From positions 4,762 through 68,761 of the forward strand of contig CAZYGG010000012.1 of the NCBI GenBank assembly GCA_964647585.1: 64,000 bases of DNA, given 5' to 3'. This document shows, piece after piece, positions 1 through 10,617 of the stretch. The notes under the pieces are model-generated. The model was not told the origin of the DNA. It did no database searches and worked only from the letters and a program-made list of their open reading frames with translations. Source of the DNA: an uncultured Desulfobacterales bacterium. Its GTDB lineage: Bacteria > Desulfobacterota > Desulfobacteria > Desulfobacterales > CAJINA01. Position numbers and translations under genes: made by a program. Numbering within the stretch: the first letter of the stretch is position 1; each line of letters starts with the position of its first letter.

Positions 1-654
1 TGCGACGAAAGCATAATCTTTTGATTTCTCATCCATGGCCATGGTGGGCATGATCAGGATTTCATGGGAATTCACCGCACCGGTCATGTGCAGTTTCGCG
101 CCCCGGACAACGATGCCGTCGCTGCGATGTTCCACAACCCGGACGAACTGATCCGGGTCCGGTTGATCTGCGGGGCTTTTCGAACGGTCACCCTTGGGGT
201 CGGTCATGGCACCGACTACCATCAGGTTTTCGTCCTGGATGTAGATCAACCATTTCCTGAACCGCTCCAGGTAGTCGGTCCCACATTTCTGGTCTACTTC
301 GTAGGCCACCGAATAAACGGCATTGATCCCATCAAACCCCACACAGCGCTGAAAGCAGGTCCCGGTCTTTTGACCAAGAACGCGCAGCAATTTAACCTTC
401 TTGATTAGGTCCTCAATGCCCTGGTGCACATGCGTAAACCGGCTGATTTCCCGCCCCGTCAAATGGGACACGGTTGTCGCCAGGTCGCGATACTCCGCCT
501 GGGAGGCCAGAGCATAGGTCATGGCCGCGGCCCGCACGTGCGGCGCAGTGGCGGGATGGGTGGTGACATCTTTGATTTTCTCGCCCTTGTAGTAAATCGT
601 CGGGTTGATCGCCTGCAGACTTGTCATGTAATCTGAGCTACTTTTTATCTTCAC
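1..654 (-). CDS. 4-hydroxybutyryl-CoA dehydratase / HpaB-family flavoprotein, paralog 1 (3' end runs off the window)
   Basis: Manually translated (missing from the ORF track): GTG at 654 after AAAGGA gives VKIKSSSDYM...KTGTCFQRCVGFD...GAMTDPKGDRS...GIVVRGAKLHMTG. CFQRCVG and MTDPKGDRS are AbfD-family motifs. Confidence 0.9.
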   Translation of the reverse strand, partial: MKIKSSSDYMTSLQAINPTIYYKGEKIKDVTTHPATAPHVRAAAMTYALASQAEYRDLATTVSHLTGREISRFTHVHQGIEDLIKKVKLLRVLGQKTGTCFQRCVGFDGINAVYSVAYEVDQKCGTDYLERFRKWLIYIQDENLMVVGAMTDPKGDRSKSPADQPDPDQFVRVVEHRSDGIVVRGAKLHMTGAVNSHEILIMPTMAMDEKSKDYAFVA

Positions 655-668
655 TGTGTATCCTTTGG

Positions 669-1679
669 TTATATTTTATCCGCAGCCAGCCCGTCCAAAA
701 CAACTTTTCCGTAGCTTTTTCTTTCCGCGAGAGCAGCGAGGGCCTCGGGCAGGTCTTCGAATGCAAATTTGCGGTATATGACCGGGTCGATCTTTCCGGC
801 ATTCCAGAGCTGGTAAAGATCGGACTGGGTGCGTTTGATGCGCTGGGGATCAAATTGCCTGTAGTTTCCCCAGAACAAGCCGATAATATCGATATTTTTC
901 AGCAAGATCCGGTTGGCTGCAATCGAGGGAATTCGACCGGAGGCGAATCCAATTACAATAATGCGGCCTTCAAACGCGACGCACCGGGTGCTTTCTTCAA
1001 ATACGCTTCCGCCAACCGGATCGAACACAACATGCACGCCCCGGCCGTTGGTAATTTCCTGGACCTTTTCAACAAAATTCTCACTGCCATAGTTGATGGC
1101 CGCCTCCGCACCAAGGCGCCGGCAAACCTTTAACTTTTCATCACTTCCGGCAGTGGCAACAACCCGGGCACCCAGCGCACGGCCAACTTGAATAGCCGCC
1201 GTGCCGACACCGCCGGCCCCGGCATGCACGAGGAGAAACTCACCGGCTTTCAGCCTGGCGCGATGCACCAGCGCCACGTGGGCAGTCTGGTAGGTCAATT
1301 GAAAGGCGGCGGCAGCTTCAAAAGACATATTGTCAGGCATTAAGAAAGTTGATTCCGGTTGAACGATCATGTACTCGGCGCAGGCGGCTTTGCCCACCGT
1401 CATCACTTTATCGCCTACTTGGAAGGCGGCCTCCGGCGTGGTTTCGATCACTTCGCCGGCCGCTTCAATGCAAGGCACAAACGGCAGGGGGGCTTTTTCC
1501 TGGTAGCTCCCGCCAATTGATAAAATATCAAGATAATTCAAGCCTATAGAATAAACACACATGACAGCATGGCCGCCTTCTGGATTGAACGCCGTGTTCG
1601 GATCCAGGCGCAATACCTCTTTAAATGCGCCGTAGCGCGGGGCCTGCCAGGCCCGCATTGTTTCTAGTTTAACTGTCAT
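669..1679 (-). CDS. NADPH:quinone oxidoreductase family protein (MDR superfamily)
   Basis: GLNYLD, LVHAGAGGVG, GRIIVIGFASG and SYGKVVL motifs typical of QOR/zeta-crystallin proteins. Confidence 0.9.
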   Translation of the reverse strand: MTVKLETMRAWQAPRYGAFKEVLRLDPNTAFNPEGGHAVMCVYSIGLNYLDILSIGGSYQEKAPLPFVPCIEAAGEVIETTPEAAFQVGDKVMTVGKAACAEYMIVQPESTFLMPDNMSFEAAAAFQLTYQTAHVALVHRARLKAGEFLLVHAGAGGVGTAAIQVGRALGARVVATAGSDEKLKVCRRLGAEAAINYGSENFVEKVQEITNGRGVHVVFDPVGGSVFEESTRCVAFEGRIIVIGFASGRIPSIAANRILLKNIDIIGLFWGNYRQFDPQRIKRTQSDLYQLWNAGKIDPVIYRKFAFEDLPEALAALAERKSYGKVVLDGLAADKI

Positions 1680-1717
1680 TGTATTCTTTTAGTCACCTCT
1701 TGCTGCCGCGGGACCGC

Positions 1718-2887
1718 TTACCCCTGCCCCAGAAGGTTGAGGGCGGCCCGGCAATAGATTTCGATCCCGGTCATCAGGACGTCCTCGTTAAAATCGAAAC
1801 GGGGATTGTGAAGCGGGGCACAACCATCATGCCCCACACCCAGGAAAAAGAAACATCCCTGCGACCGCTCCAGGTAAAAAGACATGTCTTCTCCGCCCAT
1901 TGTCGGTTCGGGCTCAACTACATTTTCAGTTCCGACGATACCGCCGGTTATCTCCCGGACCTTCCCGGCCATCCAGGGATCGTTGGCCGTCACCGGGTAC
2001 CCCGGCTGGTAATCCAATTCGTAAGTGGCACCCATGGCCTGACAGACGCCCTTAACGACCTTATCGATCCGCTCGGCCCAGGATTTCCAGATCTCCGGGT
2101 CGAAAGTGCGGGTGGTACCACTCATAAAGGCCGTCTCCGGTATGATATTAAAGGTCGTCCCCGACTTGAATTCGCCTACCGTAATCACCGTAGGATTCAA
2201 CGGGTTCATATGGCGGCTGACAATCCGCTGGAGGGCGTTCACGATCTGGGTGCCGATTTCGAGCGCATCGATGCAAAGATGGGGCATCGCGCCGTGGCCC
2301 CCTTTCCCCTTTATGGTAAGATCGAATCGATCCATTGCCGCCATCAAAGGCCCCGCCTTGACCCCAACGCGGCCCTCTGCGAGCCCCGGCCACAGGTGGC
2401 ACCCCAGGGCATAATCGACTTTCGGTGATTCCATGACCCCTTCTTCGATCATGGGTTTGGCTCCGCCCGGGCCTTCTTCCGCCGGTTGGAAAAGAAATTT
2501 GATACACCCGGCCAGATCCGGCTTCAGTTTGGTAAGGACCGTTGCCGCACCCAGAACCATCGCCATGTGGCCGTCGTGTCCGCAGGCATGCATGGCACCT
2601 TCATGGGTAGATGTAAAAGGCAGCCCGGTCTCTTCGGTGATCGGCAGGGCATCGAGTTCGCTTCTCAGCAGCAGGGTTTTACCGGTCTCCGGGTATGTCC
2701 GGGTACCGACCACACCGAAACGGGCAATTCCGGTTTGCACATCCAGCCCCAATCGGGAAAGGCGCTCGGTAACGTATGCGGATGTTTTTTTCTCGGTGTA
2801 GCCAGGCTCGGGAATCTGGTGCAGATCTCTGCGAAATTTTATAATCTCTTCCGCGGACTCCCGGATCAACGAGCGGACCTCATCCAT
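1718..2887 (-). CDS. M20D family amidohydrolase
   Basis: RRDLHQIPE, ELDALP, MHACGHDGH, FQPAEEG, GKGGHGA, GGEDMSFY and LHNPRFDFNE motifs. Confidence 0.93.
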   Translation of the reverse strand: MDEVRSLIRESAEEIIKFRRDLHQIPEPGYTEKKTSAYVTERLSRLGLDVQTGIARFGVVGTRTYPETGKTLLLRSELDALPITEETGLPFTSTHEGAMHACGHDGHMAMVLGAATVLTKLKPDLAGCIKFLFQPAEEGPGGAKPMIEEGVMESPKVDYALGCHLWPGLAEGRVGVKAGPLMAAMDRFDLTIKGKGGHGAMPHLCIDALEIGTQIVNALQRIVSRHMNPLNPTVITVGEFKSGTTFNIIPETAFMSGTTRTFDPEIWKSWAERIDKVVKGVCQAMGATYELDYQPGYPVTANDPWMAGKVREITGGIVGTENVVEPEPTMGGEDMSFYLERSQGCFFFLGVGHDGCAPLHNPRFDFNEDVLMTGIEIYCRAALNLLGQG

Positions 2888-2910
2888 CAGGAACCTCCTG
2901 TTGGTCTATC

Positions 2911-3035
2911 CTGTCATTCTGAGGAGCGGAGTGACGAAGAATCCCCTACAATGAAAGATAACCTTGGCATGTGGGGGACTCTTCGCTCCGCTCAGAGTGA
3001 CAGAATAACGGAACATATTTATGATAATCGGTATA
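2911..3035. repeat. GTCATTCTGAG-type palindromic repeat with one MITE-like TATA end (family B, copy 1, no insert)
   Basis: ctgtcattctgaggagcggagtgacgaagaatccc...ggactcttcgctccgctcagagtgacag; homologous to 10322-10514 and 36474-36694 in opposite orientation. Confidence 0.85.
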
Positions 3036-3170
3036 ACGTGGTCTAAAGTTCAGGAGTCGCTGCGCCCCACTAATTTTATCAAATTGGCAGAATACCTTAA
3101 CTTTAGATCACTCCAAACTTTAGCTCATTTCAGGCACTGGCCGTATTCCTCTACGGCACTCATTAAGGAA

Positions 3171-3202
3171 AACCGGCCGACCCGCCATATAACAGGTCGG
3201 CC
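3171..3202 (-). terminator. Probable intrinsic terminator after dctP
   Basis: ggccgacc...ggtcggcc stem preceded by a short A-run, just past the dctP stop. Confidence 0.45.
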
Positions 3203-3213
3203 AGCAGGTGGTG

Positions 3214-4266
3214 CTATATGCGCCCGGCCATTTTCATCAACTTCTTGAGCATCTCTCCGGCGGGAGCACTGTATTTCGGGTCCTTCTTGGCGTATTCATC
3301 CAAAACTTCGATGGAAAATTTACGCAACTGGGCAACCGTATCTTCGGTCAGGGTGCTCTGGCCGCCCATTTTCTTGTCATTCCATTTATTGATATCGATG
3401 ATATCATTGTACCCGGTCCATTTGAGGAAGTCGATTCCCGCAGACCGGGTGCACTCTTCCAGAACAGCCTGGAAATCCTTCGGCAGGGCGTTCCACTTTT
3501 TCTGGTTCATGATGATTTCGCCGTTGTTGATCTCGGCGAGGTTGGGCCTTACGATATATTTACTGACTTCCTGGAGCTTCATATCCCAGCCGGCAGAGAT
3601 GGTTCCCCAGTGCGCCCCGTCGCAGACGCCGGTCTGCATGGCCTGATACAGCTCGGCCCCCGGGAAGAATACCGGTGTGGCGCCGGCTTTCTGGAAAACC
3701 TGGGCCGCGATACCCGTGCTGCGGACTTTATAGCCTTTGAAATCAGCCAGGGTCCGGAGCGGCTTTCTGGAAAAGAGCCCCACGCCCGCCATGGGCAGCG
3801 GGCCCACGAAACGCACGCCCTTGTCCCCATAGGCCTGACGGAAAATTTCGATGGCACCCATATCATAGAAATAGGCGTACATCTCAGCGGCGTTCTCCCA
3901 CGAGAAAAGCTGACCGTTGACATACGCGGTCACGGGGATCTTCCCCATCCAGTAGGTCGGCCAGATCAGGGAGATTTCAAACAGGCCCCGTCCCAGGGCT
4001 TCGAAGACATCCTTGGTGGGTACGATGGCCCCCGGGGGGAGCGGGGTGATGTCCAGCTCGCCGTCGGTGGCGGCCCGGACGCGATCACAGAATCTGACAT
4101 AGACATCCTTGTAATAACCCACGCCGGTTGGCCAATGGGTCTGCATCCGCCAGCGGATTTTCTTCTTTGATGCACTGGCGACCTTGGGAAAAACGGTCGT
4201 CGCACCGGCAGCGGCTGCAACCACGCCGGCCTTGATCACGTTTCTTCTGCTGATGTTCTTTGCCAT
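3214..4266 (-). CDS. dctP: TRAP transporter substrate-binding protein DctP with Tat signal
   Basis: Start refined to MAKNISRRNVIK (AGGAGG RBS, twin-arginine). WRMQT, LADFKGYKVRS and ELYQAMQTGVCDG are DctP motifs. Confidence 0.9.
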   Translation of the reverse strand: MAKNISRRNVIKAGVVAAAAGATTVFPKVASASKKKIRWRMQTHWPTGVGYYKDVYVRFCDRVRAATDGELDITPLPPGAIVPTKDVFEALGRGLFEISLIWPTYWMGKIPVTAYVNGQLFSWENAAEMYAYFYDMGAIEIFRQAYGDKGVRFVGPLPMAGVGLFSRKPLRTLADFKGYKVRSTGIAAQVFQKAGATPVFFPGAELYQAMQTGVCDGAHWGTISAGWDMKLQEVSKYIVRPNLAEINNGEIIMNQKKWNALPKDFQAVLEECTRSAGIDFLKWTGYNDIIDINKWNDKKMGGQSTLTEDTVAQLRKFSIEVLDEYAKKDPKYSAPAGEMLKKLMKMAGRI

Positions 4267-4357
4267 CTCTTCTTTCCTCCTTTTAAGGGTTATCAATTGC
4301 CTTGCCTTATCCAACTTTGCCTGCTTTCATTGTCAAGCCGCCCGCTTGCGCTCTGTT

Positions 4358-6028
4358 TTAACGATCCCGCAATTCGCGGCGCAGCATCTTGCCTGTCGTG
4401 GTCTTGGGAATATCGTCTACAATTTCAACCACCCGCGGGTACTTGTACGCCGCCAGCCGCTCCTTGCAAAAAGCAATCAATTCATCGGGCGTTGTTTTTG
4501 CAAGGTGGTCCTCGCTCAAGGAGACAAAGGCCTTCACCGTCTCCCCGCGATAACTGTCCGGGACCCCCACCACCGCGGCTTCCCTGACCCCCGGGTGCTG
4601 ATAGAGGGCGTCCTCCACATCCCGGGGCCAGACCTTGAACCCCGATACATTGATAAGATCTTTTTTGCGGTCCACGATATAGCACCACCCGGCCGCATCG
4701 ATCTTGGCCACGTCCCCGGTGTAAAACCGGCCGTCCCGTATGGCTTTTGCGCTCTCTTCCGGCTTATTCCAGTACCCCGTGACCATGTTACCCCCCCGCA
4801 GCACCAGTTCGCCCTCTTCTCCGGGTGCGACCAGGGTATCCGGGTGGTCCACATCCGACACCCAGGCCTCGATGCCGGGGATAATCAAACCCACGGAAAG
4901 GGCCCCCGACTCTTCGTCGACCGGGCCATCCATTCCCAGGGGCGTAATGGTGGCCGGGGATGAGCTTTCGGTCAACCCGTAGACATTGTAGATGGTCAGT
5001 CCCATGGCGTCCTGGAACTTCTTGACCGTACCGGGCGAAACCGGTGCGCCGCCGCTGTAGGCTTTCACAAAATGGGAAATATCAAACGATTTGAGATCCG
5101 GGTGGTTGAGCAATGCGATATAGACCGTTATGGAAGCCACCGTGAAGGTGACCCGGCACTTTTCAATGAGCCGCAGGGCGTCTCCGGCGTCAAAACGGTT
5201 GAAAAGGACCATGGGGATGCCCAGGTGAAAAGCAATGGCTTGATGAGCCACAATGCCGGTGACATGAAACAGGGGCGCCACCGCTAGGATGGCATCCGAT
5301 GCGTCCAGCCGGGCGGCGGACGCGTATACGTAGCAATTGTGGTCGATATTCGCATGGGAAATCATGGCGCCCTTGGGCGGTCCGGTCGTGCCCGAGGTGT
5401 AAACCAGGTAAGCCAGGTCTGCAGGCCCGATTTCAACAGCCTCCAGGGGCCGGCCGGCGTTCTTCTCTACCAGCGCCATGAAATCCTGGGCCTGGTCCGG
5501 GGTCTCTTTACGGCAATCTTCAAGCTGACCGGGTATGGCGTCGCCGGTGCGTAATAAATCCAAAGGTGACGTGGTGATGATCGGCCGGTCGCCGGCGGCG
5601 GCCCGTACGGTCTTTTCAAAAAGCGCCTCCTCGCAGATAACCAGTTTTGAACCGCTGTCCTCCAGAAGATGAGCCAGGTCTTTAGTCGTGTACATGGGAT
5701 TGACCGGCAACACGACGCCGCCCCGCAGCCATACCGCCACCGATGCAATAACGGACTGGGGAGTATTCTGGAGCACCAGCATGACCCGGTCTCCCGCCCC
5801 GATGCCGTGGTCCGCCAGGGCGGCCGCCAGCGCGGCGGACATGTTTTCTACTTCTGCAAAGCTGTAGGCACTGTCAAAATATTGAATACAGACGTTCTCC
5901 GGCGAATTGGCGGCCACCCGCTTGAACTTTTCCAGAACCGTCTCGGCCGTTTCCGGAAAAGCTGGTAAAAACCAGTCTGGATACGTCTTTTCCCAGGGTT
6001 TGTCATCATAATACTCAGGCATATGCAT
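4358..6028 (-). CDS. AMP-dependent acyl-CoA synthetase (long-chain fatty acid--CoA ligase family)
   Basis: YTSGTTGPPKG, YGLTE, YTGD, DRKKDLI and catalytic GK motifs. Confidence 0.93.
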   Translation of the reverse strand: MHMPEYYDDKPWEKTYPDWFLPAFPETAETVLEKFKRVAANSPENVCIQYFDSAYSFAEVENMSAALAAALADHGIGAGDRVMLVLQNTPQSVIASVAVWLRGGVVLPVNPMYTTKDLAHLLEDSGSKLVICEEALFEKTVRAAAGDRPIITTSPLDLLRTGDAIPGQLEDCRKETPDQAQDFMALVEKNAGRPLEAVEIGPADLAYLVYTSGTTGPPKGAMISHANIDHNCYVYASAARLDASDAILAVAPLFHVTGIVAHQAIAFHLGIPMVLFNRFDAGDALRLIEKCRVTFTVASITVYIALLNHPDLKSFDISHFVKAYSGGAPVSPGTVKKFQDAMGLTIYNVYGLTESSSPATITPLGMDGPVDEESGALSVGLIIPGIEAWVSDVDHPDTLVAPGEEGELVLRGGNMVTGYWNKPEESAKAIRDGRFYTGDVAKIDAAGWCYIVDRKKDLINVSGFKVWPRDVEDALYQHPGVREAAVVGVPDSYRGETVKAFVSLSEDHLAKTTPDELIAFCKERLAAYKYPRVVEIVDDIPKTTTGKMLRRELRDR

Positions 6029-6042
6029 CTCCTTTTTGAGTC

Positions 6043-6810
6043 CTATGCGATGGTCCAGCCGCCATCAATGGCAATGCTCTGACCCGTGATAAAATCCGAC
6101 GCGGAACTGGCCAGGAAAATGACGATCCCCTCCATTTCCTCCAGTTTCCCCCAACGCCCCATGGGCGTGCGCTGGTTGATGAAGTCCAGGCGTTCCTTGT
6201 CTTTTCTGATTTCCAGCACCATTTCAGTTTCAAAATAGGTGGGGGCAATGGCGTTGACCTGGACGCCCAGCTTGGCCCATTCCAGGGCCATGATCTTGGT
6301 CATCTGCCGGATCCCGCCCTTGGCCGATGCATAGGCGAGCTGGTTGGGAAGGGCGATCTTGCTGAGAATCGAACTTATATTAATGACCTTCCCGCTGCCG
6401 CGCTCGATCATCTGATGCGCAACCGCCTGGGCCACCAGGTAGTACCCTTTCAGGTTGGTATTGATCACCCGGTCCCACTCTTCTTCCGGAAACTCGACTA
6501 CCGGCACCCGGTAATTTGTCCCCGCATTGTTGACCAGGATGTCGACATGGCCGAAATGTTCCAAAATGGCGGAGACGCCTTTTTGCACGGTTTCACCGCT
6601 GGTAACTTCCAGAACAAACCCGGCGGCGTTGCTCCCCATCTTTTTGAGCCGCTGCACCACCTGGTCAATATCCGCGGTGTTGCGGCCGCAGACCGCCACG
6701 TCGGCTCCGGCTTTGGCCAATGCTACGGCCATGACTTCCCCGAGGCCCTTGGAACTTCCGGTCACCATGGCAACCTTGCCTGTCAGATCAAACATTGCCA
6801 GATTCATCAT
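6043..6810 (-). CDS. SDR oxidoreductase (gluconate 5-dehydrogenase/KduD-like)
   Basis: TGSSKGLG, NNAG, NISS and YASAK: intact catalytic set. Confidence 0.92.
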   Translation of the reverse strand: MMNLAMFDLTGKVAMVTGSSKGLGEVMAVALAKAGADVAVCGRNTADIDQVVQRLKKMGSNAAGFVLEVTSGETVQKGVSAILEHFGHVDILVNNAGTNYRVPVVEFPEEEWDRVINTNLKGYYLVAQAVAHQMIERGSGKVINISSILSKIALPNQLAYASAKGGIRQMTKIMALEWAKLGVQVNAIAPTYFETEMVLEIRKDKERLDFINQRTPMGRWGKLEEMEGIVIFLASSASDFITGQSIAIDGGWTIA

Positions 6811-6922
6811 GTTCTCCCTTTTAGGTTTTACTCCAGCTGTCGCATTTTGCTGTTTTAGGGCTATTATCCCTGAACCTTTGCATCTATTCCGGCTACGGAA
6901 AAGACTGCCTGAGATGTCCGGC

Positions 6923-8233
6923 TTAACCGGGCACCATGATACGGGGCAGCCACAGGATGATAGACGGAAAGACCATCATCAGAAGCAGGGCCACCACCAT
7001 GATTGTAATAAAGGGCACCACACTCTTGAAAATGGCCACCATATCGGTCTCCGGGCTGAGGGATTTGAGATAAAACAGGTTGTACCCGAACGGAGGGGTA
7101 ATGTAGCCTATGCACAGGGCAATGTTGAAAATCACACCGTACCATATGGGATCGTACCCCAGGTTCTTGACCACCGGATAAAAAATCGGCAGGCACAGCA
7201 GGATGATGCCCATGGGATCGAGAAACATCCCCAATACGAGAATCGCCAGCTGCAGGGTAATGATCATGGCCAGGGGACTTACATCAAGCCCCATCAGCGT
7301 GCTCTGCACGAAATAGATCCCGCCGCCGCCGCTGTAGATTGAAACAAACCCGGACGCCCCGAACATAATCCAGAGAATCATCCCGGTTATGCTGGCCGTC
7401 TGGTAGGAAACCTCTTTGATAAAAGTCCAGTTGCACTCACCCCGGATGATCACACAGATCAAAACCGCCAGGGCGCCCACGGACGAAGCCTCGGTGGGCG
7501 TGGCAATGCCGAAAAACAGTGACCCGAGAATGGAGAGAATAATCAGTACCGGCAGGGCCACCGATTTAATCGCCCGGACCTTTTCAGCGAAAGGGGCGTT
7601 TTCTTCCATGGCCGGGCACAAGTCCGGCTGAAGATACGAACGCACAATGATATAGGTAATAAAGGCCGCCACAATCAATCCGCCGGCCACCAAACCGCCG
7701 GCAAAAAGTTTTCCGATGGACTGCCCGGTCATCATGCCGATGACGATCAGCGTAATGCTCGGGGGAATCAGGATGCCCATGGTGCCGGCCGACCCGATGG
7801 ACCCGAAAATCATCGCTTCATTGTACTTGCGTTTACGCATGGGCGGAATGGCCACCAGACCGGTGGTCACCGTCGAGGCCGAGCAGTTGCCGGTCATGGC
7901 CGACAGGGCGGCCGCAAAACCGCAGGTACCCACGGCCAGCCCCCCGCGCATGCGCCCGGACCAGAGGTAAAACGCCTCGTACATGTCCGTGGCGATATTC
8001 GACTTGGACAGGGCCACCCCGATAAATACAAACAGGGGCACCGCCGCCAGCAGCAGCATCCACATGTAATTGAATACGCCGGTTACAATGGGCATGAGCC
8101 CGGCGGGCCCCCACATGATCAGGGCGGTGATGGTCCCGATCGCACCCAATGCGAAGGCCAGGGATACGCCGAGCATGATGCTGATAATCAGCGACCCGAA
8201 CATTCCAATCGTCAACAGCAATTCAGGACTCAT
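6923..8233 (-). CDS. dctM: TRAP transporter large permease
   Basis: Hydrophobic 436 aa with LAAVPLF, GILIPPS, TPTEAS and ITPPFGYNLF DctM motifs. Confidence 0.93.
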   Translation of the reverse strand: MSPELLLTIGMFGSLIISIMLGVSLAFALGAIGTITALIMWGPAGLMPIVTGVFNYMWMLLLAAVPLFVFIGVALSKSNIATDMYEAFYLWSGRMRGGLAVGTCGFAAALSAMTGNCSASTVTTGLVAIPPMRKRKYNEAMIFGSIGSAGTMGILIPPSITLIVIGMMTGQSIGKLFAGGLVAGGLIVAAFITYIIVRSYLQPDLCPAMEENAPFAEKVRAIKSVALPVLIILSILGSLFFGIATPTEASSVGALAVLICVIIRGECNWTFIKEVSYQTASITGMILWIMFGASGFVSIYSGGGGIYFVQSTLMGLDVSPLAMIITLQLAILVLGMFLDPMGIILLCLPIFYPVVKNLGYDPIWYGVIFNIALCIGYITPPFGYNLFYLKSLSPETDMVAIFKSVVPFITIMVVALLLMMVFPSIILWLPRIMVPG

Positions 8234-8729
8234 ATTTCACCCCTTTCACAAGTTCAAAAATAGAAATGGTTAAGCATTTGAGTCCCTGGAGGGTGATAAG
8301 TACAACTCCAACGAACAGAAAAAATTTCACGGGATAGACCGGATGAGCCAGAACCATTTCGTCAGCTTCCCGGATTTCGTACGAACTCATAAAAAACATC
8401 CAGCCCTCTCTAATCAGCACGAACGACCAGATCAGCAGCAGGGTATAGTTGAGCAGATCCAACAGTGCCCGGACCCTCAGCGAGAACCGCTGGTAGATGA
8501 TGTCCACCCGGACATGACCGTTCTTGAGCAGCGTGTAGGCGCCGACCAGGACAAAATAAGTCCCGAAAATACGCTGGGAGTATCCATGTGCCCAAACCGT
8601 CGGTGCTCCGAAAAAATATCGGGCCACGACCTCGAACGCCAGAATGAAAATGCCAAAGAACACTAGAAACGAGCTGATCCTTCCGGACCAGTCGCTAATG
8701 TTGTCGATTACCCTCAAGAACTGTTTCAT
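8223..8729 (-). CDS. dctQ: TRAP transporter small permease
   Basis: Four predicted TM segments, EVVARYFF and HVRVDI motifs, overlaps dctM. Confidence 0.9.
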   Translation of the reverse strand: MKQFLRVIDNISDWSGRISSFLVFFGIFILAFEVVARYFFGAPTVWAHGYSQRIFGTYFVLVGAYTLLKNGHVRVDIIYQRFSLRVRALLDLLNYTLLLIWSFVLIREGWMFFMSSYEIREADEMVLAHPVYPVKFFLFVGVVLITLQGLKCLTISIFELVKGVKYES

Positions 8730-8801
8730 GCGTTTCGCCCCTCGATCTTAGTCATTGTTTTCAAATGGTTCACGGTCATCCGTGAAGAAGCCCTAAAGTC
8801 C

Positions 8802-10295
8802 CTATTCCTCCACCAGAGGGCCAATTTGGGCCGTCTGGTCCCGCATTTTTTTATCATCCAATTCCGTGTCAATCCCGGCCAGATAGCGGGCCAGGTGTTT
8901 CTTGTCCTCAAAATCATAACCAAGGTTCAGGGCAATGGTCTCCATGATGGGGGAGCCACCGCCGTGAACACCGGCGATCTTGTACCAGGTCGCCATACTC
9001 GATCCGCCGATGTTTTCGACCAGCTGCCAGATTTTGAGAGACGCTTCCGGTGACAGGTTCGGATTCCGGACAATGAAACGCTTGAGGGTCTCCACGTGGT
9101 CCCCCTGCTCAAAATCTTCATCAAACGGCATGGTCACGGCGATACCGCCGGCTATTTCAGTGAGAATGTTGTATTCGTGATAGATCATTTCGCCGGTGAG
9201 ACGCCGGCCCACGTTCGCATAAATTTCATTGGGAAAAAATACGCCGCTGCTTGTCTTTTCACCATACACAGCGGCCGCGACACCGGCCGCGAAGGCCAGT
9301 TCGGCCGCACCGGCAAACTCGGACAGTTTTTCTTTTACATGGGACGCTTTGGCGATATTATTCGCTTCGGCGGCCAGGCAGGTGGTCCCGCACAAGATAT
9401 CGGAAACCGCGGGCTTGCAGCCGCTGTAGCTGTGCCGGTGGGAATCGGCAAAAAGCAGTGCCAGCCGCCGGCCGAATTGCCACTCTTTGCACATGAACAC
9501 CCGTTCCTTCGGCACGAAGACCTTGTCAAAAAAAACGATACAATCGGAAACCCCGTATGTAGAAAAAGGGGCCGCATCGGCATCGTCCTTGCCCCGCAAC
9601 CAGACCGGGCGGGTAATCAGGCTCAAGCCTTCGATATCACCGGGCACCGCAAAGGCGACCGCGTAGTCCCTATCGGACTCCATCAGAGCCCGGGTAGGCA
9701 CAACGATAATTTCATCGGCATAAGCCGCCTGGGTGATGGACATCTTGAAGCCGCTCACCACGATGCCGTCTTCACGCTCCTCCACGATGTGCAGATAGGC
9801 ATCCGGATCCTCCTGCTCGCTGGGCCTTTTCATACGGTCGCCCTTGCTGTCGGTCTGTGCGCAGCACCCGTCCAGATCCTTCTCGTGGTACATCTTCAGG
9901 TAATCGAGAAAGCGCTGGTGATAATCGGACCCGTTGGCCTCATCCATTTCCTTGGTGCAAATCGCCAGGGCATTAATGGCATCGTGCCCCATGCAGCGTT
10001 GAATACAGCCGCCGGCTCGCCGGGCCCCGAGCCGGATAAGTTTCTGCTTCTGGAGGAGATCATGCGGATTCTGGGGCAGGTGCGCCCAGCGGTTGATTTC
10101 CTCCCCGGTGACAGTTGATACGGCCGTCGCCACCCCCTTCCACTCTGGGTCTTGAGCCAGATCAAACGTGATATCGAGGACATTAATACCCGGTCTGAGC
10201 CGGGGATCATCACGCCCCACCTGTTCGCCGCCGATGTAAACGTTCGGCCGCATGGCAAACAGATCCTCGTGGTATTGTTCTTTGGTTCTCAACAT
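8802..10295 (-). CDS. 4-hydroxybutyryl-CoA dehydratase / HpaB-family flavoprotein, paralog 2
   Basis: GGCIQRCMGHD, QTDSKGDR and HRHSYSGCK keep the AbfD-type Cys/Cys/His/Cys cluster ligands; HGGGSP near the C-terminus. Confidence 0.88.
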   Translation of the reverse strand: MLRTKEQYHEDLFAMRPNVYIGGEQVGRDDPRLRPGINVLDITFDLAQDPEWKGVATAVSTVTGEEINRWAHLPQNPHDLLQKQKLIRLGARRAGGCIQRCMGHDAINALAICTKEMDEANGSDYHQRFLDYLKMYHEKDLDGCCAQTDSKGDRMKRPSEQEDPDAYLHIVEEREDGIVVSGFKMSITQAAYADEIIVVPTRALMESDRDYAVAFAVPGDIEGLSLITRPVWLRGKDDADAAPFSTYGVSDCIVFFDKVFVPKERVFMCKEWQFGRRLALLFADSHRHSYSGCKPAVSDILCGTTCLAAEANNIAKASHVKEKLSEFAGAAELAFAAGVAAAVYGEKTSSGVFFPNEIYANVGRRLTGEMIYHEYNILTEIAGGIAVTMPFDEDFEQGDHVETLKRFIVRNPNLSPEASLKIWQLVENIGGSSMATWYKIAGVHGGGSPIMETIALNLGYDFEDKKHLARYLAGIDTELDDKKMRDQTAQIGPLVEE

Positions 10296-10321
10296 ACTAA
10301 AATTCTCCTTTTTTCGACTTG

Positions 10322-10514
10322 ATACTAATTTTCATAAATACGTTCCGTTATTATGTCACTCTGAGCGGAGCGAAGAGTCCCCCACATACCAAGGTGACCT
10401 TTCATCGTAAGGGATTCTTCGTCGCCTGCCGGGCGTAGCCTTTGGCAAAGCCTGGTTTCACTCCTCAGAATGACAGGGTAAATCAAGCGGAACATATTTT
10501 TGAAAATGCCTATA
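10322..10514. repeat. Family B MITE-like element (copy 2) carrying one nested GCGTAGC/GCGAAG mini-palindrome
   Basis: Imperfect TIRs ttttcataaatacgttccg / cggaacatatttttgaaaa; internal GTCA palindrome with about 36 extra bp between cttcgtc and actcc relative to copy 1. Confidence 0.85.
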
Positions 10515-10617
10515 GACCACCGAGCCCGGCGTCCTGTCCCGGCATTGCCCGGCTCAATCAGCCCTGGCCGCCTTGAAACGTAACCGCCCCGCAGACCGGT
10601 GGTAATGATTTAACTTC

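Noticed and set aside
64-1133. Plus-strand ORFs 64..408, 424..636 and 621..1133 (and the many similar antisense ORFs in the track)
   Set aside because: Shadows of well-supported genes on the opposite strand, with no motifs or RBS.
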